DNA of 64,000 bases, taken from assembly GCF_009914755.1 (NCBI RefSeq), contig NC_060933.1. The stretch is one strand, 5' to 3'. The position numbers and the translations under genes are program-made. Each line of letters begins with the position of its first letter. Within the stretch, counting starts at the first letter, position 1. Under the pieces are notes generated by a model. That model saw only the letters and a program-made list of their open reading frames with translations. It was not told the origin of the DNA and did no database searches. Shown one piece after another: positions 12,317 to 25,300 of the stretch. The DNA is from the human T2T-CHM13v2.0 reference genome, Homo sapiens.

Positions 12317-14837
12317 TCCCTAATCCACCATTTTTTTTCTCTTACCACGTCACATTCACTAGCTTTTATTTGAGAAAATGATTCCCACTTGACAGACAAG
12401 GAATTTAAATCTCAGATAAGTAAAGTTACTTGTCCACAGCCAAGTGACAGGTGAGCTGAGATTCAACCTGAGTTCTGGCTGGCTCCAAAACCTGCGGTCA
12501 TCCCTAGCATGCTGTCACTCCACCTTATTTAAGACCTTCTTTGTTTTTACTGCGTGTCAGAGCCAGGACCATGTTGGAGCTGGAAGTCCCCTTTGGTGGC
12601 ACAACAGGGACACTTAAAGGGCTCCTTGCAAAGACTGAAATTGCAATCAGACAATTGAAAATTGGAAGAGCTGGGCTTTTCCTCCATCTAGGATTTATTC
12701 TCAGTTGATGTCTAGGAATAAGAGGGCTGTCTTTTCTCTCACCTTGGGCCAAGCTGGCTGGTATCTTTGTAGGTTTGTCAAATGCTGACATGGGCTTTGC
12801 CTTTGAGTCCCAGCCCAAAAAATCCCAGCTGTCCTTGCATGCTAACAAGACAACATTTTTCTTGGATCATTTGTTCTCCAACCTGGGCTACCTCTGAGCC
12901 CATTTCTGTCAAAGACTCTCCTTCCCCACAGGCCAACTCCTCTCCTACAAACTCTGAAAGGGCCTCTGAAGCCAACACTGTTTACCAATTTGTTCTTAAA
13001 AGTGTCAGAACTGCAATCAGATGAGGTCAAGCAACAATTCTCACAGCTGTTGTAAAACATTGCTAATTGCTCTACAGGCTTAATAGAAAACACAGTGCTG
13101 TAGCCTGGAAATGGTAATTATTGTGACTCAGGTTTCTTGGCCTAAATTCCCCAGTCGCATGTTCTTTCACAGTCAAAGGGGTGGGGTGGGGGGACGGGAA
13201 GAAAAAGAAAAGCAAAACATAACATACTACAACTTTCATAATAAAAATACTATAAACAATTTCTAAAATGAAGGGTCTTCCTGACTAATAAAATTGGAGT
13301 CCTTTGTCCAGAAAGCAGTGTAGATCTCACTAGAACAAAGGAACTCTGAAGATATGGATTCTCTACCTCATGCTAGGAAATATTGATTGCAGCCTATGAG
13401 AAGACTTTCACTTAATCACATTTTAAAAAGCTTTCATAAATATTGCAATAAAGTGAAATTCATTGCTAGTTAAACGCTAACACGAGCATGAGCTTATTTA
13501 TCATCCAGATGACTGAGCTGCTGGTGAGAGGAAACAGAGGGACAGTAGGGGATTTATATAGCACATCTTGAAATATCTTCCTGCAAGGTAATAAAGGCCA
13601 TGCTCCACATTTGGATCTAATGGCCAATAAACAATTTTCTGAAAAAGAAAAATAAAAGTGGTGGAAGTAGGCTGCATTGTGAAGTTCTATTTACACTGCA
13701 GTCAATTATTGCAGTGTTAAGCTTTATTACAAACTTTTTTTTTCCTGTTAAACATAGCTTGTCAGAAATCTTATAACAAGGGAATAAAATGTCAGGATGG
13801 TGTCCAGATCATTATAGCATGTTCCTCATAACAGATTCTTACTTCTAGAAACTCTAAATGATTTGTGACAGTGTTCATGGCATTTGAAAGTAAAATTAGT
13901 CAAGTGAGATTTTTTAATGAAGAATGTTTGATAAGAAGAATTGTCTGAGTTAAGCCTGGTGACACATGCAACTGACTTTTTTTCCTGCCATTCTTTCATT
14001 CACAAAGTGAAAAGTCCTGTCTAAATCTGTGCTTACATAGGCATCTTTGAATATAATGCTGCCTTAATAAAGTTTATATCTCTATAGTCATCAAAATAAG
14101 ACAATAGTTTAAAAAAGAGAAGTAAATTTTTTGGTAAAGAGCTAGATGGGATTCTCATTTCATTAAAAGTGCCTTTAACTTTAAAGGTGAAATAAAATAG
14201 AGACAGGTGAGATAATCTGGTTAGAGGGAAAATGAGGAAAGAATAATAAGAGGAGTTTATATGCAAAATATATGTAACGTACATTTCCTAGAGGCCACAA
14301 ATTTTATTTTGAGCTTTCTAGTTTGCAAAACAAAAGGCATATAGGCTCGTGATTCTGGGTCCATAAAATAAACATAATGTAAAGCAATTGTTCAGGATAG
14401 ACATAAGTTTTTGGTATTAAGACCAAATTGTGAGAAATTTCTCCTGTGAGTATTTATAAAGAAGAAACTGTAATGAACTATGTCCTCAAAAACATGATAG
14501 TAAGTGTAGTAAAGCTTTTTACACATAAAGCTTTTTCTTCATAAAGCTTATTCTCATAATATCTGTCAGCTTAACTTGGTGGCAAATTGACAGAGCACAA
14601 TTCAGCCAAGTCAAGTATACCAGAGGAGTGCTAAGCTGCTACCCTAACCGTAGGGCCTATGGTTTCCCCTTGTTCCTCTCCCTCTTTGTTTCTGTCTGCC
14701 CCTGTTAATTGGTATCTCATTTTGCATACTTGTTTTCTTCTACATCTCTTTAGTCTTGTCAAACAAGACCTACCCTAGGAAACATGCCTAGGTAACTCAC
14801 TTCCCTTATGAAGTTATGGTCATGATGGCACCTAATT

Positions 14838-15031
14838 TGTGTATATATGTATACACTATACATATATATACACATACATATACATATATATGTGTATATG
14901 CCTTTAACTTTATACATGTATATGTATAAAGTTATGTATATACATGTATATATATGTATACACACATATAACTATATACATATGTGTGTATATATATAGT
15001 GTGTGTGTGTGTTTGTGTGTGTGTGAGTGTG
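14838..15031. repeat. (TA/TG/CA)n imperfect microsatellite followed by (TG)n
   Basis: Direct reading. Confidence 0.9.
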
Positions 15032-16299
15032 CATATCTGTAACTTTATAAGGTCAAAGCAAGCAGTGATGGTTTCTACATACATAAGGACCTGAAAATAG
15101 GGTAGTTTGTTCAGTGCAGTCCTGGCTTATTCCTTCCTGTTAAAATTACAGAAGTGCCCCTTTTCATGCTCAAAAGTATCTCTGTTTGGAAGCTAAGTAA
15201 CATGGTCACCCTACCTCTAAACACACTGGAATCAAAGAAGGGAGGCTAATAATGTTGCCTCTTACTTTCCTTCAGGCCAATTACTGGGGAACATGAAAGG
15301 AATTCCATGGCAGAGGAAATAGTCAACCTGTATGATCAAGGCTAACTTTTGAATAAACTTAAGGGACTGGAACCACCAGGCAGCTAAATGATCTATCTTA
15401 TATTCAGAGGATAAGTCCCTTTCTACTGGAAACAGAAAGAGCTCTGACTCTGATGGAGCTATAAGAACTTAGATCCAGCAGCTGATTAGGAACTGCAGCA
15501 CCATTTATGCATTGTTAACACAAAGGGATATGATGGTATTGACAGGTGGCTAAGATAAGGGCAGTAGTACTTAGTACTGTCTGAAAGTAGGATCAGAAAT
15601 GGCATGAGCCTTGGAAGAAGGGGAAAGGAGTCTCTTCTATGAAATGAACATACATCCTTAATTACTACTTAAAGGAAGAAATACAACTGGCACACTTGTG
15701 AACTTGTGTATGAGAAAAAATGAGAATGAGATAGAGTACAAAAATGAATAAGGAGAATCGGGGATAGAAACAAGAAAAATTTGCTGGTGATTAGAGACCA
15801 AGTAACAAGACAGAGTCAAATATTGCTGTGACTGGCAACCAGACTAAAGGGAAGCAAGTGCTAAAAATAGACTTCACTTTAAAATCAATTTAGCAAATGT
15901 TAAGGCTTAAGAAGAAATGTTGTTATTCTATTTAGAATCCTGTGTTAAAATCCTATTTGTTAAGGTGTAACTTTACAGCCTTTGAATAACTATCAGAAAG
16001 AAAGAAAAGCTATTAACAAAGCAGGTGTAAATATAGGCCCCACCTGGTGACAACTGACTTGACCTTGACCTAGATAAGGTGAGAAAGATGGATTTGTGTT
16101 CCATGTATAAGGATCAGAGCCTTGAAAAACTACCCATTGGTAGTGGGTGTTTTCTGGGTTTTTTTGTAATATTATTGTGTAAAACAGGAGCTTTATTGTG
16201 TAAAAACAGTCATCCACAAGTAATCAAGACCCAGTACCTCCAGCGTGGGTGAGGAAAACAGTGTTTACACAGCTCATATGGTGTAGGAATTCTGGACAA

Positions 16300-18450
16300 G
16301 AAATTAAAATAAAATACATTCAAGGTCATTAATAATTTAGAGATCCTGGCAGAAGAAAATGAGAATTGTTCTGTGATACAATCTCAAAATGCAATGCTTA
16401 TAGGACTCCCAAAGATAAACAAGACTCAGTGAGTTTGAGTCCATTATACCAAAATTATAAACATGTGAGTTTATGTGCAAGAAAGAGGAGAATTAATACT
16501 CTAAATAGAGGACATAACCAAACATATCAGGAAAGATTATACATTAATATGTTTAACATGAATTAATGAAATAAAAGAAAGTGTATAATAAAAATAGGTC
16601 TGTAAGCAAAATATCAGTTTCAAAAAGAGCTAAATAAAAATTACAGAAATAAAAAAATATAGTATTTGAAATTAAGAACGCAGTTGATGAGTTAAATGGC
16701 AGATTAGATACAGCTGAAAAGGATTGATGCGATTGGAAGATCCACCTGAGGAAGTCATCCACACTATAGATCTCAGAACTGAAAGACATGAAAGAGCAGT
16801 TAAGAAACATGGGGGAGAGTGTGAAAAGGTATGAAGTGTATCCAATATGGGTTCTGGTAAAATGGAGCAGAGAGAATGAAGAAGAACCAGCATTCTAAAA
16901 GATAATAATTGAAATTTTCCATACTTGAAAAAAGAATTGAATTATCCCATTAACAAAGCACACTAAGTCCTGAATAGGATAAATAAAAAGCACATGCTAG
17001 ACACATTGTCAGAAACTGGAGAATATGAAAGAGGAAGATCTTAAAGTGAATCAGAGGAAAAATAAATTTTCTCAAACAGAGGAATCACAAACAGACTAGT
17101 ATATTTCCCAGCAGTGGCAATGGATGGCAGAACACAATGGAACAATATCTTCTGAGATCCAAGGGAAACTATACTTCTTAATAAAGAAGGTAAAATAAAT
17201 AAATTTTCAGAGGAAAAAAATGACAGTTTACTAATCATATACTTTTACAGGGAACTAGTAAAAGATGTGCTCTCATTAAAGAAAAAGGAAGATGTGGGAA
17301 GGAAGAAAAAATAGAAAGCAAAACAAGTGTAAACATATAGATATAAATATGCATTATTATTGATATGTCTATATACATTCTATGTATCTGTAATCTAAAT
17401 ATTCATTATTTGTGCTTCAGGGCCACCAGCATCCCTGTGTCTGCAAAGTGCCTTCAAAACTCAGCTGTTCTAGCCATTGCCAACCTGTGAACTTCCTACT
17501 GTATCCTAGAATCTGCTATTCCCCAAACCACTTCCCAGTTTCCATTCAGTAATCTTTCTGAAGGAGCCAGGACAATAGGGCCTGTTGTTTAGTGAATTTC
17601 TTTATTATTTTCAGCCTTTAAAATGTAATTTCCATCTCTTGCAGTGAATTTGTTTCCTTTTTTTGCTTCATTTTGTTTAAATGTTCAGGTATTTAGCTCC
17701 CCTTTTATATTATTTAAAAACTTTTAAATTACCTGTTATAGGATGTTTCCCCAGAGCAAAGAGCAAAATTTTACAGTTGTTTGTAGCAGTTCTAATGATC
17801 TATAATTTCTAATTCCATCCCTTTCATCATTGTCTCTTCGTTTTAATATTTTTAATACAATGCCATTTTAAAAGAACTCCCCCAAAATAAATATACATTA
17901 TTATTATAACAATAATATGGAAGGAAAAAAAGTGATTTGAATTAAAGCATTCTTAGGTACTTGTATTATTTAATACAAGTTAACGAGGGGGAAAAAGATA
18001 ATGGTACTTTTAGAAATTAGTGAGTCAAATATGCATGATAGAAATTAAAGGCAGCTAGTAACAGAATAAAAATAGGATGTTTGCTTTGATACCAATAGAA
18101 GAAGTATGAAGGGGCATAAATAAAACTTCATTATTTCAACTGGAAGAATGGAAAGAGAAAAAGCAAAGAAAAAGTAAATAGAAAACACAAAATAAGATGA
18201 TGGAAATAATTTCAAAATATGGGTTCTGGTAAAATGGAAAAGAGATAATGAAGTGGCAACATTCTAAAAGATAAAAATTGAAATTTTCCATACTTGAAAG
18301 TCACAGCGATGTAAATGGTATAAATTCATAGGTTAAAAGAAAATTCCTTAGGTTAGCCAATAATAAAAACTAAAAGGGAAACCAAATCAGTAGCAAGGTA
18401 TTCACTCGAGGCAAGCTAATGACAATGAGATTGAAACAGAAGGTAGAAAG
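16300..18450 (+). mobile_element. Ancient L1M fragment (ORF1 to start of ORF2), with later insertions
   Basis: GATGAGTTAAATGGCAGATTAGATACAGCTGAAAA (ORF1-like); AAATAAGATGATGGAAATAA...ATGTAAATGGTATAAATTC (ORF2 start-like); A-rich sense strand. Confidence 0.65.
17362..17886 (+). pseudogene. Putative 5'-truncated retrocopy of an unidentified mRNA 3'UTR
   Basis: T-rich, non-L1-like block inside A-rich L1; direct repeats ATAAATAT(G/A)CATTATTATT at 17343-17361 and 17887-17905. Confidence 0.45.
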
Positions 18451-18489
18451 ATAAACCGGAGATGAAAAACGTTCTTGATTGCTTATTCA

Positions 18490-19160
18490 GCAGTCATTCT
18501 AGATGTCCTTTGCAGCCCTTTCTTTCTTGATGGCAGAACCTTATGTCACGTTAGAGGATAAAAATACCAGTTTTGCAGGTGACCAGCCTCTTTTGCAACC
18601 ACAGACCTGTGCCCATCTGCTAGTCTTTGTGTATTTTGCTCTTGCCTAGACCATTTAGCAGCCTCATCCAATTGACATTACGATGCCTCCAACTCCTTCC
18701 CCCTTTTTAAAGGTAAATTTCTATGTTTACTAAATTATTTCACTGTTAGGAATTTAACACATATATTTTAATTATACTATATGTTTTGTTTCAATTGTTG
18801 CTTTCATTAATATTCTGGTTGAATATGCTCTGTTAGATGGAGCTTCCAAAAAAGTTACCGTTTTGTTGTTGTAAAGGCACAGATTCAGCAGGTAGACCTT
18901 TTCCTCTTTGGAACATAGATGCCTGGAGGGTGGGGAGGGATCTTCATTTTGGAACTGTGAGGGTGAAAGCTGAATGCTAAGGATACTAGAACAGAAAGCT
19001 AGACGGAGCCAGGATCCTTTGAATTCCTCAAGCAACTGCTCTCAGCTTTGGGCTGCCTGTCTCTGGACTTGTTTCATGGAAAAAGCAAAAATCCTATCTG
19101 GTTTAAGCAATCTTGGTTGAGCTTTTCTTATATCCAGTTGAACATAATCCTAATTGAAAT
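18490..19160 (+). mobile_element. MLT1J/K-like LTR (interrupted)
   Basis: GCTAAGGATACTAGAACAGAAAGCTAGACGGAGCCAGG...GGTTTAAGC...ATAATCCTAATTGAAATA. Confidence 0.55.
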
Positions 19161-19959
19161 AAACAGTATATTCTGAAGACTATTAGGCATTCATGAATAA
19201 CAATAATTTGCATTTTGAGAGTGCTCAAGGGCCTTTGCACCCCTTCTTACAACTTGATCTTCCCCAGAACTCTATGAGGTGAGTACAATAACTGGTATTA
19301 TTCATATTTTCTAAATGAGTTAATTGAAGCTTTGACAGACTAAATGAGTTTCTCAGGATCACATAACCAGTCTGGCAAAGTGGGATAGGAGGCCAGGTGT
19401 CCAGGTTTCTAGAACAGCACATTCCCACAGCACCAACTGATAGGATGGTATTCACATTTGTGGTTAGGCAGAAATTCATCCAGATGCTGTCTGTCATCAA
19501 CTCTCAGTTCAAACCCATGAAAAGGTACAAGACTCACAACTTTCGAGGTTGTCCTTTTATAGCTTAAGTATAATTTGCCACACTGAGTAACAGCAGGTTC
19601 CATACTGGTCGATAACTAAGAGGGTCTGTCTCTGCTTTTGTGGGCTGTTTCCAGGCTGCAGCTTTGCAGGGGCACATGTGCCAAGTAGGTGAGCTGAATG
19701 GTGGGCATCCTTCTCTCTACCCACCCCTCCCCATGGTTCTTGATCTTTATTCAGGTGGGATGATGGTCCTGCTTAATGAATATGATCTTTAAACAAACCT
19801 ATACTTCCAGTGGAAGGAGAAAATGAGTCACTGGGAGGAGTGTTTTTTGAGGCAAGGTGTTTGCAAGTATAAATGTGTAACTCAGATTTTAAAATCAAAT
19901 ATCTTAAATGCTTTTTGGAATTGGAAAACCTTCAAGAGAGAAACACAGTTTAGAGATCT

Positions 19960-20130
19960 GTACTTCTCAGACTTTAGCGTGCAATGTAATTATTTGGAGG
20001 ACTTATTAAGACCAAATGCTGGGGCCCATCACCAGAACTTCTGATTCTGTAAGCCTGTGGCAGGGCCCAAGCATTTGCATTTCTAAGAAGTTCCTAGGTG
20101 ATGCTGCTGCTGTTGATCCAGGCAACACTG
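19960..20130. mobile_element. MER5A
   Basis: GCTGGGGCCCATCACCAGAACTTCTGATTC...ATTTGCATTTCTAAGAAGTTCCTAGGTGATGCTG. Confidence 0.8.
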
Positions 20131-20644
20131 AATTAAGACTAAGAAAAATCAGCAAATACCAGAGCTGATAGAAACATTAACTCTCTTCCAGCTCACATCT
20201 CAGACATGTCAGGTGATTTTCTCGGGGTTACATGGCCAAGTTAATGGCAAATGCTAGATTTTTAGACTTCTTCATATTTAGACCAGAACCTTTCTACCTT
20301 CCTCTGCTACTGAGTCAATTCATGGATTTGCTTTGCTCTTCTAGAATATAATAATTATACATGTATAATAACATATATTTTATATAATATACATTACTAT
20401 TTATATATACACATACACATACATATAGTATTCTGTGTTTGTGAGTTTCAAGGAAGACTTATGGCTTCAATTCACTTTGAACATTTGCTGTTAGCAAGGA
20501 AAACAAATAATTCGGTGGCTACAGAGATTTTCAAATTCTTTTATGCTTTGAGACTACCTTGTAAGAACAATCTGGTCCTTCACTTCTCTTACTTCCCTTG
20601 GTGTGTATCTGAATGATGCTCACCTCTGCTCAGTGACACTCTTG

Positions 20645-20708
20645 CACTCCTAAAGGCGAAGTGCATGAGTATCCTACACTCCTAAAGGTGAAGTGCATGA
20701 GTATCTTA
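20645..20708. repeat. 32-bp tandem duplication
   Basis: CACTCCTAAAGG(C/T)GAAGTGCATGAGTATC(C/T)TA x2. Confidence 0.95.
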
Positions 20709-20810
20709 GATTAGTGCATGCTCTTACTAAAGAAACTTGAGCAATCCAACCGCTTCTTACTAATCTGAACATTTCTGTACTCCCAGCAGGGGGTAAGTAA
20801 TCGCTTACAA

Positions 20811-21120
20811 CAGGGGTCACCAAACATTTTCTGTAAAAGGCCAGATGGTAAATATTTGAGGCTTCATGATCCGTAATGTCTCTATCACAACTACTGAACC
20901 CTGCTGTTGCAGTGTGAAAGTCATAGACAATACAGAAATAATTAGCATGGAACCAATAAAACTTTATGGATACAAATTAAAATTTCATATTCTCACATGT
21001 CACAAAATAATATTCTTTGGGTGTTGTTTTTAAGCATTTAAAAAGGGAACAGACATGTGGGCCACACAAAAACAGGCAGCAAGCTAGATTTGGTGCACCG
21101 TCTGTAGTTGGCTGATCTGT
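20811..21120 (+). mobile_element. MER58B
   Basis: CAGGGGTCACCAAACATTTTCTGTAAAAGGCCAGAT...AATAAAACTTTATGGATACA...GATTTGGTGCACCGTCTGTAGTT. Confidence 0.85.
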
Positions 21121-24100
21121 AAACCTGAGTTCTTCCTCTGCCACTCCCTGTCCCTCCATCCCTTCATCTCCCAGCACGGTCAAGGTGTCCATGAGCATCT
21201 CTTTTCTGCCATTAAAATTCTATTGCTGGGGGAAAAATTTTAGTGCTGGTAATTAACATATAAAAAAGATTTGACCTGAAGCACAAACTAAAACTACAAG
21301 GAGATGTCACATTAATTTGGCAAAAGTATAAGAAAGTATAATCAAAACTAGTCAGGGGCACTGAATGAGCTCTCAAATGTTGGTGGGAATTGGTACAAGG
21401 GTTCTGGAAAGCATTTCATTTGTTTGTATGTGTTAAGGTTCTTAAGATGTTCATACTTTTTTACCCAGACTACCTCAGAAAAGAATCTATTCTAAAGAAA
21501 TAATCAGCAATAGGAACAAAGAATATTTGTTTCCTAATGGTCAAAGATAGGGAAAATATGTTTATTGAGGATTTATCATAATGAAAAAATAGAGTCTAAA
21601 TGTTCAACCGTAGGAAATAGCTAAGTACATTTTAATTTATTTGTGCAATATTAACAGTGACAATCCCTGTCTGTAGCATTAAGGGTAAGTTTTTTCTTGT
21701 TTATACTTCTCCATTTTCATCAGGCTTTCTGTAAGGTGTATACATGACTTTTAAATTAAGCAAGATTATAAGTAATTAAGAAATACAAAGAGGTGAAAAA
21801 ATTTCCTGTAATGATCAATGTCTTCTTTGCCTTTACTTTTTTGTGTGTGTTGATTACAGTGTCTATCTGAAAGCCTTCAAAGCTGCTAAATTTACCCCAA
21901 TTCCTTTGGTGGATATGTGACCTTCTAACTCTTTACACCTACTTTGCCTCCTTAACGTCACTTCTCCCAGCTTCACAACTCCACTCTGCCAATTCTTGTT
22001 TCATGGTAGGAGACACCTTTTCCCCACCAGTGGTACCTTTCTTCTGCAAAGAGTAAGATGTTCTCACATTCTCAGTTTCTTGCAATGTGCCTAGTGTTTT
22101 CAACTCTTTTTATTTGGATTGCTGTGTTTTTGTTGGTTTCATTTCTGATAGCCTCTGTTTCTTGAGGAAACCAAGTTCCCTGGCGCTTGGGTCAGAGGAA
22201 AATCTAAGGGTCCCCACAGTTTTGCACCCCAGTGATTTCTTCCCTCAGCAATCAAACATTCTTCCTTCACTGAACAGAGGCTCCTCAATTCACTTGTGCC
22301 ATACGGCAGGATACTTGCCCAACTCAAAACCTTTCTGAGAGTTAAGTGAGAGCCTTTGCATCTCCTCTTTATTTCCTCTTTTATTGTGTTTTCATCTTTG
22401 TTTTCCACAAGAGATCTGTTAGGTTTCCATAAAAGTGAGTACCTCAAGGGAAAATGAGTCCCTTTACTTACCATGACCTTTCCCTTTCCCAGTGATGGTC
22501 TTAAGTATTAGTTCATTGGGCAATCTCTTGTTTGCTTAAAAAAACTTCAGTACCTACTATGTCTCTGCCACATATTTCTTTTCTTTTCACATTCCGCTCA
22601 TTTGTTCAGGGCTGTGCATGTCATGCATTGCAAACCTCTAGGGATACCATCACACAGAACATGAAGTGCCACCTCCCCAGCAGTACTCAGTAGCCCTGCA
22701 GTGGTCACCAATGAAGTCCTACTTGAAGGAAATAAGAATTAGAATAATTGAACAACAGAACTGGAAGAGACTTTAAACCAGTGTGTTCTAACACCTTCAC
22801 ATCATGGCGGATACATACAGTGAAAATACTTTTATAGCACGTTGGAATAAACAGACAAAGATGCTTGCAGCTGGAAATGATTGGCTTAAGGGCTGTTGTT
22901 GTCCAACTGTGCCTAGTCATCAAGAAAGTCGATCACTATCTTGGCACACTGGTGATCCGTTTGAGATTTAGTGGAGTGCCTGGCACAGCAGCTGGGAAGC
23001 TCTGCCTTAAAGATCAGCTAGTCTATTCCACCTTCACATCTGCTGCTTTATAGATTAAAGAAATGAGACCCATTTTCTGACCTCAATGTCATCATGAGTC
23101 TGAGGCTTTAAGCTGATAATCTGGGGAAATGGAAGGGTTGGGGAATACAAGACATTTTATCTTTCCACCTGCACCCATTTATTTAACCTTCTCTTTAGAA
23201 TGTTTTAAAGAAGAATTCTTTTTTCCTACCCTAGCCAATACTGGTCTCATTATAAGGAGAGACTCCAAGTTGCATTCAAAAGTAACTGGGAAAAAAATGT
23301 GTAACTGAAGGCTTGTTAAATCTTATAATGTTCCTCATGCTGGTGTTTTTTAATAAGGTAAAGCTATTCTTATAGTTGTCTTATAGATTTGATTGCAGAA
23401 ACTAAAGCTTTGTCTCAGCTGCAGTCCCTAGGTTCTTATAAAAATACAAATTTTATGTAAAATGCTGAAATTAATTTTGTGTGGGAAGAAAAATCTAAGA
23501 GAGCACTCAGAGTTGTCAGCCTCAGAGGGTTCATTAAAAGATACCAAGTGACCTCTGCCTCTAGTCAAAAGTACCTGCTCCTGGGAACCTGAGGGAAGGT
23601 ACCCAAAGTAGCAGAGATAAACTCAATTGCAATTCTCAAATGGCTGTTAACTATTTTTCCTGCATGCTTTGAAAGAGACAGAAAGCAAAAATAAAGCTCT
23701 GACCCTCCTCTCTGGAGATCCAGTCACTGAACCAGGGACTTTGGCTTTTGTGAGCATCACTTTAGTTTTAGTTTTTTGAAGCACATTTAAGATTCCTTGC
23801 CTTTAAAAATAGACAGATGATAGGCACAGGGGCAGGGGAGGAGGTGTGAGTCTCTGGCTTCAAGTGAATGAGATCATTCTGTAGCCTTCCCATTTCCCAA
23901 ATTGCAGATGTCACGAGGTGAGAATGAATCCTCAACTTGTTCTGGTTTCCAGGTTACAATCCCTCTGCTTTTTCCCTACTGCCTTGAGGGATTCTGTGGA
24001 GTCTGCAAAACCACTTGACAGACAATCATTCTTAAAGGCAGCAGATACACACATAACCCCATTGAAGCTCTTTTACCGAAGAGTTGAAAGCTCTTGTGCA

Positions 24101-24894
24101 TAACAGGTTTAAGTATAAACACGTGTTTTTGACATTCATCATTCCTCCACCCCCTTTAAAGAAGCCATATGTGATCATATTCTGGGAGGCAACACAATCT
24201 ACAGCAGGTGGGCTCCTTAATTGGCCTGCTTGGGGAGTAGCTAAAGTTAGGTTCAAAAGGTACTGACCTTATGGGTTTGGTTAGTAGGAGTTCGGGAACG
24301 AGGCTGTAAAACCTCAACAGAGCCTCTCAGACCCATAGGGAAACAATAGAAGCCGATGTGACTATTTCAGGGAAAGTGACGGAAAGAGAGAATGTGAAGA
24401 AGTTGTGATGTTGAATGCCAACCATATTTAGTTGCAAAAATACCCAAGTAATTCCTTCAACAATCCTACATATAGTCCCATGGGCTCCACTCTGGACGTT
24501 TACATTTCTTCATTTGTCTTCTTTCCTGGAGCACATAGGGTAGAGCTGACAGTGATGAAGCACACTGAGGCTTGGGGAACGTCCACAAAGCCACCAAGGT
24601 TAATGGCAGAGCCAACACATTTCTGGTCTCATATCTTGGTTGTTCCTGCTTTGATCAGAAATTAAATCATAAGAAGATAATGTCAGAGTGGTGTCTACAC
24701 AGCAATGAAATGTGGTGATATGATGATGACTGATAGGTTTTCTCAAAAGCAAAGTATATAATTCAAGCCTGAATTACCAACTTAGGTAGCTGATGTTATT
24801 AAAATGTGCTGGATAATGAGCAATTAACTTTGTTTTCTGGAGGAATCAGTTTATTTGTTGTGAATGCTTTCGAGATGGGATTTTCAAAACCTAT

Positions 24895-25300
24895 TAATTC
24901 AGCTATTATTTATTGAGTGGCTGCTATGTGTGAGGGGCTGTGAAAAAAAACAGTGAAGCGGGCTCAGTCCCTATTCTCAGCAGCTGGTGGTCTAGAAGGA
25001 GAGAGAGATTTTTGGAAGAGGTCATCCAAATTCTCCCTGTAGCTGTGATGGGAACACATAGGAGGACCATTAAAAGTAGCCTTGGCTATGGTGGGAGGGG
25101 GTGATTAGGAAAGGTTTTCTGGAGGAATATCTAAGATTAAACACGAAAGATAGGTAAGACTTATTTGGTTGAAGAGAGGGCAGAGAGAATGTTCTAGTAT
25201 TGAAAGTCTGTAAATCTCTGGGGGGTGGAATAGGGGAGCTCTCTCAGGACCTGCCCAGTGTTCAGGTGTGTGAGGCAGCAGCAGTAGGGGCAAACTCCTA
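24895..25300 (-). mobile_element. L2 fragment
   Basis: ATTTATTGAGTGGCTGCTATGTG...GGAAAGGTTTTCTGGAGGAA, antisense L2 3' end. Confidence 0.6.

Noticed and set aside
20645-20708. 32-bp direct repeat as CRISPR-like
   Set aside because: Two abutting copies, no spacers, eukaryotic context.
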